A stretch of 64,000 nt of DNA from Candidatus Bathyarchaeota archaeon (GTDB lineage: Archaea > Thermoproteota > Bathyarchaeia > Bathyarchaeales > Bathycorpusculaceae): assembly GCA_963828195.1 (NCBI GenBank), contig CAWHDT010000003.1, positions 320,001 through 384,000 on the forward strand, given 5' to 3'. The notes under the pieces are model-generated. The model worked only from the letters and a program-made list of their open reading frames with translations. It was not told the DNA's origin and did no database searches. Below, one piece after another: positions 58,229 through 64,000 of the stretch (positions are counted from its first letter, which is position 1; each line of letters starts with the position of its first letter). A program made the position numbers and the translations under genes.

Positions 58229-60952
58229 TTAGGCGAGGAACCGTTCAAGTTTAGTTAAGCCGATGATTTCGTCAAAGCTCAAGCCTAAAGCATCCAAAAC
58301 CTGGTCAAAAGTAGAGTGCAAATAAGCAACGTACTTGTCAACATCCACCTCGTTTCTTGATGTCAACTCGACGGGTTTCACATGCGGCTCACGAATAACT
58401 TTAACAAAACTGATTAAATCGCCCGTATGCAGCTCTTTTCCATTTTCCTGCAGAATCCGCGCAGCTTTCACATGCTGAGGTGTAGTTTTAGTGTAACTTG
58501 AAAGTTCATCGCCTAAAGCTACATGAAAAGCCAGTTCGCTAATGTCACCCCACTCTCTGCGTTTTAGCCGCGTGTACCTTTCACGGATTATTTCAGCGAT
58601 TTCTTTTCTTGCCTTCTCGAAGTCGGATGGATTTTTAACTCTTGCAAGGGATTCTTTCATTTTGTTAAAAGCATCTTTGATAAAGACTGGAATGTGTTTT
58701 TTCTTGCCCGTTAAACCCTTCACATCCACAGTTCCGTCTTCCAAAACACCGAGATAATTCTTTTTGCGTGAACTAAATACGGCGTACCTGTAAACTTTGT
58801 CTACGTCGATACCCATGTTCAATTCGTGTTCCGTGTAGTGGACTAATTCTTCAATTTGCTCTTTAGAAGGGTTTTTCAAAAATAAGCTGTCTGTGTCGCC
58901 GTAAAGAACCTGTATGCCCACTGACTCGGCGTGCGTGAGTATTTGTGTAATAGAGTACCTGCCGATGGCTGCCGTTGCTTCAGCTACAGGAGGGCAATAT
59001 AGGTCGAAGCTGTCAGCGCCAAAGACTCCGTAGCTGGCATTTAAAATAACTTTAAGCGCTCCCTGCGTGGTGTTGTACCAGCTTCTAAGCTCAGGCGGCA
59101 AGGTTTTGTCTTTTGCGCGCTGCTTATACCATTTAACCCTTAGATCCCGCAGTGAACCAATCAATAAGCTTTCCAGCGCTCGTTTCTCGCTGCATACCCA
59201 ATGTTGAGTGTCAGGTATCATGCGGCGTCTGCATTCGCTATGTTGGCAATCAATTGACTGGTAACCCAGGTTCCAAACTTTAATTATTGAGGGGTACAGA
59301 CTGGGAAAATCCATAACTGAAACGTTAAAGTGAACGCCAGGCGTGGGTTCAACAACTATGGCGCCTTTATATTTTTTTCCTTTTATTGTAGCTGTCGACG
59401 AAGTTTTTCCTTTCTTTGTCAAAATGTCCTCTGCGTTGGGGATCAGCATGTTTTTTCTTCGGTGCTCGCGGTGCATAAAGTTGCGTATCCAACGGCTTAC
59501 GCCTTGTCGGCTTACGTCTTCCATGGGCATGCTGGCAATTCGTGCAAGGACAAGAATCAACTTCATTGCGGAGTCGTTGTCAAAACTGGTTAGTTTGTAG
59601 GTGATTTCTGAGTCTCGGAGGCAATAAGCTGCGAGTTCAGAATATGTTAAGTCGCCGAAGGTTTTTTCGAGGTGAATTTTTTCAACGCCGATTAATGCGT
59701 TGCCAACATCTTCTAAACTTACGTCTTTATAGCGGCCGCCGTAGGCGTAGATTTGGACGGATCTGTTGAAGAAGAACTTGTAGAGATCAATGTGTATGCC
59801 ATACTTCAGCAAACAAACCCGTTTGCCTACCTCTATGGGAACCTCGCTTCTTCTAAATCCCAAGTTCATTGCTCGATGGGTTAAATAGCGGAGGTCGAAG
59901 TCGTCGCCGTTGAAAGTTAAAATAAACGGATATTCAAGCAGCACATCAAAGGTTTTCTTAAGCAGCTCCTCCTCGGTTTCGCAGAACTCTACCGTAATAT
60001 CTGCTGCTAAGTGATGATTTCCTTCCCGTACGCCTTCGCGTCTGAGAACAAGCACTTTTTTTTCGCCGTCTGAACTGTAAATTGACACGGCGATCACGGG
60101 GCAGGCGCCTTCCCGTGCATCTGGCATTCTTGTGGATAACGGCGAGTAAACTTCTATGTCGATGGCTGCTCTGCGAAATTTTGGGGCAGGGTACTCGAGG
60201 AGTTTTGCCCACATCTCTGCGTATTCACGTTCTTCAGCCGTGCAGTCTGTAAAGAGACGCTTTATCTGGTTCAGGTTCTCGGTAGCTTCCTCAAGAACTT
60301 TAGGCACCAAGTCGCCGTTTTTAACCTCATAAATCATGCCTGGCAAAAGCTGGCGGTCATAAATGTATGATTGATAATACTTTATTTTTGACTCCCAAAC
60401 TTTAGTGTCGCTGTCCTCGATTCTGCATCCGCAAACACGGGGGTAATCTTCAGGAATTATGTCTCTAATCGTGCCCGCTGGTCTCCCACCGATGGCTAAC
60501 GGGTCTTTTGTCACTATTTTGATCAGATTTACATCTTTGTTTTCCAAGGGGTCAAACTTTTTCTGCTCTTCAAAAGCGAAGAAGCCATCATGTCCCGTTA
60601 TGCGGTCGAATTTTTCCAGTTTCTCCCGAGTCAAGTTGGTTAAACAGTAGGGTTTATGGTTCGTATTGTCATACCAAAAATAGATTTGCTCTGATTCGGG
60701 CTCGTAGAGTTTGATAACTGCTTTTTTCTGGCGGCCATCGTAGGATGCTGAAACAAAATAGGATGCAGGCAGGTTTTGGGGAGCCACTGGCGGAAAGGCA
60801 AGGGGTCTTTTCTTTTTTGGTCGTTTAGCTTCTTCTGGTTTCATTTCTTCGTTGTTTATGAGTGGCTGGGGCGTGGCTTTCGCTTTTGCTTCTTCTTTTG
60901 GCAGGGGTTTAGTTTGTTCGCTGCCACAGTAATCTAAGAGTGTTCGCGCCAT
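58229..60952 (-). CDS. polB1: Family B DNA polymerase (PolB1 type)
   Basis: DIEVY, FNGDDFD, YCLRD, DFPSLYPSI, KVILNASYG, YGDTDS, KKNY; PolB1-like N-terminus (HKPYC, DPLAIG). Start uncertain (60952 or 60985). Confidence 0.95.
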   Translation of the reverse strand: MARTLLDYCGSEQTKPLPKEEAKAKATPQPLINNEEMKPEEAKRPKKKRPLAFPPVAPQNLPASYFVSASYDGRQKKAVIKLYEPESEQIYFWYDNTNHKPYCLTNLTREKLEKFDRITGHDGFFAFEEQKKFDPLENKDVNLIKIVTKDPLAIGGRPAGTIRDIIPEDYPRVCGCRIEDSDTKVWESKIKYYQSYIYDRQLLPGMIYEVKNGDLVPKVLEEATENLNQIKRLFTDCTAEEREYAEMWAKLLEYPAPKFRRAAIDIEVYSPLSTRMPDAREGACPVIAVSIYSSDGEKKVLVLRREGVREGNHHLAADITVEFCETEEELLKKTFDVLLEYPFILTFNGDDFDLRYLTHRAMNLGFRRSEVPIEVGKRVCLLKYGIHIDLYKFFFNRSVQIYAYGGRYKDVSLEDVGNALIGVEKIHLEKTFGDLTYSELAAYCLRDSEITYKLTSFDNDSAMKLILVLARIASMPMEDVSRQGVSRWIRNFMHREHRRKNMLIPNAEDILTKKGKTSSTATIKGKKYKGAIVVEPTPGVHFNVSVMDFPSLYPSIIKVWNLGYQSIDCQHSECRRRMIPDTQHWVCSEKRALESLLIGSLRDLRVKWYKQRAKDKTLPPELRSWYNTTQGALKVILNASYGVFGADSFDLYCPPVAEATAAIGRYSITQILTHAESVGIQVLYGDTDSLFLKNPSKEQIEELVHYTEHELNMGIDVDKVYRYAVFSSRKKNYLGVLEDGTVDVKGLTGKKKHIPVFIKDAFNKMKESLARVKNPSDFEKARKEIAEIIRERYTRLKRREWGDISELAFHVALGDELSSYTKTTPQHVKAARILQENGKELHTGDLISFVKVIREPHVKPVELTSRNEVDVDKYVAYLHSTFDQVLDALGLSFDEIIGLTKLERFLA

Positions 60953-61112
60953 CCCCAATGATACCTTAGCCTCCATATGGTACATTGAGACTAAAATCTT
61001 TGCTTACTAAAAACCGGCAATCTGCCTTAAGATTAAAGTGATCAAAATAACATGCGAAAAGCAGAAGAAACCTGAAATCGGTTTAATTTTGAGACAAATT
61101 TCACGAAGCGGC

Positions 61113-61247
61113 TTAGAACAATTCATGCAGCACATTGAGGTGGCTATCGACTTCTTTTTTGGAATTGAAGATTTGACCACACTCAGAACACATATATTGC
61201 CCCGCTTTGGTTTGTGAGTTGCTTTTACGTTTGATCACTTGACTCAT
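61113..61247 (-). CDS. Stand-alone C2H2 zinc-finger microprotein (44 aa, below the ORF-track cutoff)
   Basis: MSQVIKRKSNSQTKAGQYMCSECGQIFNSKKEVDSHLNVLHELF*: Y-x-C-x2-C-x3-F-x5-V-x2-H-x4-H. Confidence 0.8.
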   Translation of the reverse strand: MSQVIKRKSNSQTKAGQYMCSECGQIFNSKKEVDSHLNVLHELF

Positions 61248-61433
61248 TGTTTACTTCTCTTGCTTAAAGAAGACGAAAGTGGCATAAACTGATTTGTGCA
61301 AGCAATTTTGCTACACACTTATTGATTAGAAAAGGAGGTGTGTGTGTTTCTGTAGGAGTTGGTTTTGGGTTGCTTTTTTGGTTTAGAGCTTGGATCTTCG
61401 TGCTGGGTGGCTCTGAATAAGGTTTTGTTTTTG

Positions 61434-61473
61434 AAAGAACAACAACACCCGAAAAACAACTGTTGTTCTTCTA
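61434..61473 (-). repeat. 40-bp palindromic element, allele B, copy 2
   Basis: Reverse complement TAGAAGAACAACAGTTG-TTTTTCGG-GTGTTGTTGTTCTTT. Confidence 0.9.
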
Positions 61474-61513
61474 TTGATCCAGATTTAAGGCAGCCATCTA
61501 AAAAATAAAATTA

Positions 61514-61553
61514 AAAGAAGAAGAAGCTTCAAAAAACAATTTTTCTTCTTCTT
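61514..61553 (-). repeat. 40-bp palindromic element, allele A, copy 3
   Basis: Reverse complement AAGAAGAAGAAAAATTG-TTTTTTGA-AGCTTCTTCTTCTTT. Confidence 0.9.
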
Positions 61554-61576
61554 CTTCTTCCATGCGCACTTTTTCA

Positions 61577-61616
61577 AAAGAACAACAACACTTGGGAAAC
61601 AACTGTTGTTCTTCTT
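61577..61616 (-). repeat. 40-bp palindromic element, allele B, copy 3
   Basis: Reverse complement AAGAAGAACAACAGTTG-TTTCCCAA-GTGTTGTTGTTCTTT. Confidence 0.9.
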
Positions 61617-61672
61617 GCTTTGTTTTGAATTCTTATTTAGAAGAGCTGCATCTTCTTTAGGCGTGAACTAGT

Positions 61673-63028
61673 TTGCTTAAGGATGCTTGGACAATCGCAA
61701 TTGAAACCCTAAGCTGGATGGAGATGGAGAAACTAAGCGAGCGCCTTGCTCTGGCAAGAACAATCAAGCAGCTGGGCGCAAACGACCCCAACGCCATCCG
61801 CTACGCATACGGCTTAGTCGTCGAAACCACACGACGCCGAAACCTCATCGACAAACTCATCAACACCACAGTTGCCCCCAAAAAAATCGGCGAATACAAC
61901 CTCGGCATCCAATCATTCTTAAGACTTTACGTTTACCAAACGCGCGTGGCTAAGAACTGGGTTAAAATCAATTTGCAAGAAGCCCAAAGCATCGCAGGTC
62001 TTGGCAGATCCATTTTGGGCTGGGAAACCATGCGTGAAGTTGAGCCAATTTTAGGTCTTCTGTTAACGCGCCCGCTTGAGCCAATCCTGAAGGCGGCAAA
62101 CGATGTGGAGCGGGTTAGCTTGCAAACGTTTCATCCCTCATGGTTCGTCAGGTACTGTTTCAGGCTTTTTGGACGAAGCGAAGCCATCAACTTCTTGGAA
62201 GGCAGCGTAAATCCACCGCCCACCTACATCCGAGTCAACACTCTTGCGGCAACGGAAGAGGCAATAGTTCAGAAGCTTGAAGCGGAAGGCGTTAAACTAG
62301 AAAAAGCTGAACCGTTAAAGTTCACTTACAAAATTGGCGAAATGAAAAAACCCCTAAACACCTTGGTGAGCTACAAAGACGGGTTATTTTACATTCAGGA
62401 TAAAGCAAGCTGCTTCGTCGCACAAGCCGCAGACCCCAAACCCGGGAACGTGGTTTTCGACGTTTGCGCCGCGCCCGGAGCAAAAACGACGTTTTTGGCT
62501 CAGCTTATGCGTAACGAAGGCAGCATAGCCTCGGTTGATTTCTCAAATAGGCGTATGAAAGTTTGGAAAAAAGAAGTCGCCCGTATGGGAACCACCATTG
62601 CGGAACCACTGATTGCCGACGCATGCGCCCCCTTGCCTTTCAACGTGCAAGCGGACTTGGTGATTTTGGATCCGCCCTGCACCAGCACAGGCGTCTTCGC
62701 CAAGCAGCCCTCAGCCAAATGGCGCCTCAGACCCAAATCGATTGAGAAAATGGCGGCTATCCAGTGGAAAATGATTAACAGCTGCGCCGAAAAAGTCGCC
62801 GATGGCGGAGCATTAACCTACTCTACATGCAGCATAACAGTAGAAGAGAACGAAATGATAATTGAGCGTTTCCTAAAGTGGCACCCAGAATTCACCTTGA
62901 CGGAGATAACGCCCAAAGTAGGTTTGCCCGGGCTTCGGGAACTAACTAAATGCCAAAGACTCTACCCGCAACTTCACCAGTGCAACGGCTTTTTCATAGC
63001 AAAACTGCAAAAAGAAAATAGAAGTTGA
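61673..63028 (+). CDS. RsmB/NOP2/NSUN-family RNA m5C methyltransferase
   Basis: IRVNTL, IQDKAS, DVCAAPGAKT, LDPPCTSTG, YSTCS, EENE, GFFIA. Confidence 0.95.
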   Translation: MLKDAWTIAIETLSWMEMEKLSERLALARTIKQLGANDPNAIRYAYGLVVETTRRRNLIDKLINTTVAPKKIGEYNLGIQSFLRLYVYQTRVAKNWVKINLQEAQSIAGLGRSILGWETMREVEPILGLLLTRPLEPILKAANDVERVSLQTFHPSWFVRYCFRLFGRSEAINFLEGSVNPPPTYIRVNTLAATEEAIVQKLEAEGVKLEKAEPLKFTYKIGEMKKPLNTLVSYKDGLFYIQDKASCFVAQAADPKPGNVVFDVCAAPGAKTTFLAQLMRNEGSIASVDFSNRRMKVWKKEVARMGTTIAEPLIADACAPLPFNVQADLVILDPPCTSTGVFAKQPSAKWRLRPKSIEKMAAIQWKMINSCAEKVADGGALTYSTCSITVEENEMIIERFLKWHPEFTLTEITPKVGLPGLRELTKCQRLYPQLHQCNGFFIAKLQKENRS

Positions 63029-63045
63029 GTTCTCAATTTATTTTT

Positions 63046-63510
63046 CTATTGCGCCATTAATTCTTTATCCACGAACTCTCTGAAAGACGAATCAAACCAG
63101 GTTGGCACCGGTGAACTCTGCCATTGTTCTTTTATCATTCGCCATTGGAAAACATTTTTCATCATTTTAAACCAGCCTTCCCATTGGTAGTCTTTAAGTA
63201 ATTTTCTCTGCCTCATTTGGTAAACCTTGGAGGAAAAAGAAATTATTTTGTATGCTAGTATTGATTGCGAGATTGAAATTGGGGAGTTATCGTATATAGT
63301 TTGTATTGCTTCAGGATTTGAAATAATAATATCAAATAAACTTGCGTTTTCCTCGTCTAAGTACGTTTGGATTCTCATTTCTGAGTCCCTTTCAGATCTT
63401 CGCAGTTGTTGCCAAGAAAAATAAAACGTTACTGCCAAGCTTGTCAAACTTGCAATGATTGCAACTGTCTGCCAAAAGAGTAAGATACCCGTGTTAGCAA
63501 CAAGAAACAT
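63046..63510 (-). CDS. Hypothetical protein with N-terminal TM helix
   Basis: 154 aa; TM then a helical domain ending FREFVD; GGAGGTG RBS upstream. Confidence 0.75.
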   Translation of the reverse strand: MFLVANTGILLFWQTVAIIASLTSLAVTFYFSWQQLRRSERDSEMRIQTYLDEENASLFDIIISNPEAIQTIYDNSPISISQSILAYKIISFSSKVYQMRQRKLLKDYQWEGWFKMMKNVFQWRMIKEQWQSSPVPTWFDSSFREFVDKELMAQ

Positions 63511-63743
63511 TGTATCACCTCCGTACTTGAAGAACAGAGGGATCTATAAATAAAAAAACGCGTTAAAGCTAAGCTCCGAAATCTTCAAGCGTTCTCCGCG
63601 GGCTCTCTTTTGTAAACATGGGTAGGTTATTTTTGTTGCTTTTGACTTGTGTAGTTTAGTTGGACTCTGCCCAGCTTCCTTAAACTAGCCTACTTGAGCC
63701 ATAAAGTTAGCAAGATATTTGGGCTTTCAAAGGTTCGCGAGGT

Positions 63744-64000
63744 CTAGGCTGGCTTTGGGTTGAGGATTTTTGTGCTGGTAACCTCTTTTGCGCTGTTGCA
63801 GAGTTTTTGGTCTGCGGTGTATAGTGTGCCGTTTATTTTTTCTGCGGCGGCAATGTAGAGGGCGTCGTATATGCTTACGTCGAGTTTTAATGCTATCTGC
63901 ACTGATTCGCCAGTTAGTTCACGGGCTGAGATGACGTTTAAGCCGTCGTATACTCTGGTGAGGTCTTCTATCGTGGAGTTTACCTCACCTAACTTTAGGT
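63744..64000 (-). CDS. vapC: PIN-domain VapC-like toxin, C-terminal part (runs off the window)
   Basis: ...QIALKLDVSIYDALYIAAAEKINGTLYTADQKL...PKPA*: YDA-Y...L-TAD-KL PIN signature. Confidence 0.88.
   Translation of the reverse strand, partial: LKLGEVNSTIEDLTRVYDGLNVISARELTGESVQIALKLDVSIYDALYIAAAEKINGTLYTADQKLCNSAKEVTSTKILNPKPA

Noticed and set aside
61434-61616. Mini-CRISPR interpretation of the clustered 40-bp repeats
   Set aside because: Repeats alternate between two alleles, have variable cores and irregular gaps (15, 40 and 23 nt), with at most three per cluster and no cas genes.
1-64000. tRNA/rRNA genes and inteins in PolB, XPD or topoisomerase
   Set aside because: No cloverleaf or rRNA-like stretches seen by eye; protein lengths and motif spacing leave no room for inteins. 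A tRNAscan-SE/Infernal run would be decisive.

Overview
Archaeal chromosomal window. The gene set (PolB1, SmAP3-type Lsm, TgtA, CarS, AglB, presenilin-like protease, RadB, PEF-CTERM protein) suggests Bathyarchaeia/TACK; this is inference, not a database result. The backbone is mostly housekeeping genes. Four things stand out. (1) A complete 5,375-bp IS6-family cargo transposon (49560-54934) with terminal inverted repeats, an exact 8-bp target-site duplication CATTTTGG and three iterated sites at each end. It carries a SWIM/Zn-ribbon DDE transposase, an AbrB-like regulator, a small PD-(D/E)xK nuclease and a motor-less two-gene restriction-modification system, and sits just upstream of aglB. (2) A family of six 40-bp palindromic elements in two co-varying alleles, spread over three intergenic regions (about 6.5, 40.2 and 61.5 kb), with a second shared motif. 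(3) A ~14-kb type IV pilus-like locus with short-leader minor pilins and a 1575-aa pilin-adhesin. (4) A 1.4-4.9 kb accessory patch with duplicated MuF-like HPNCxC relics. Also present: an in-frame TGA at the conserved Arg of topoisomerase IA, +1 frameshifts in SmAP3 and hicB, an OSTC/DC2-like gene, a long bactofilin-like beta-helix protein and three small ORFs missing from the ORF track. No tRNA, rRNA or CRISPR array was recognised.
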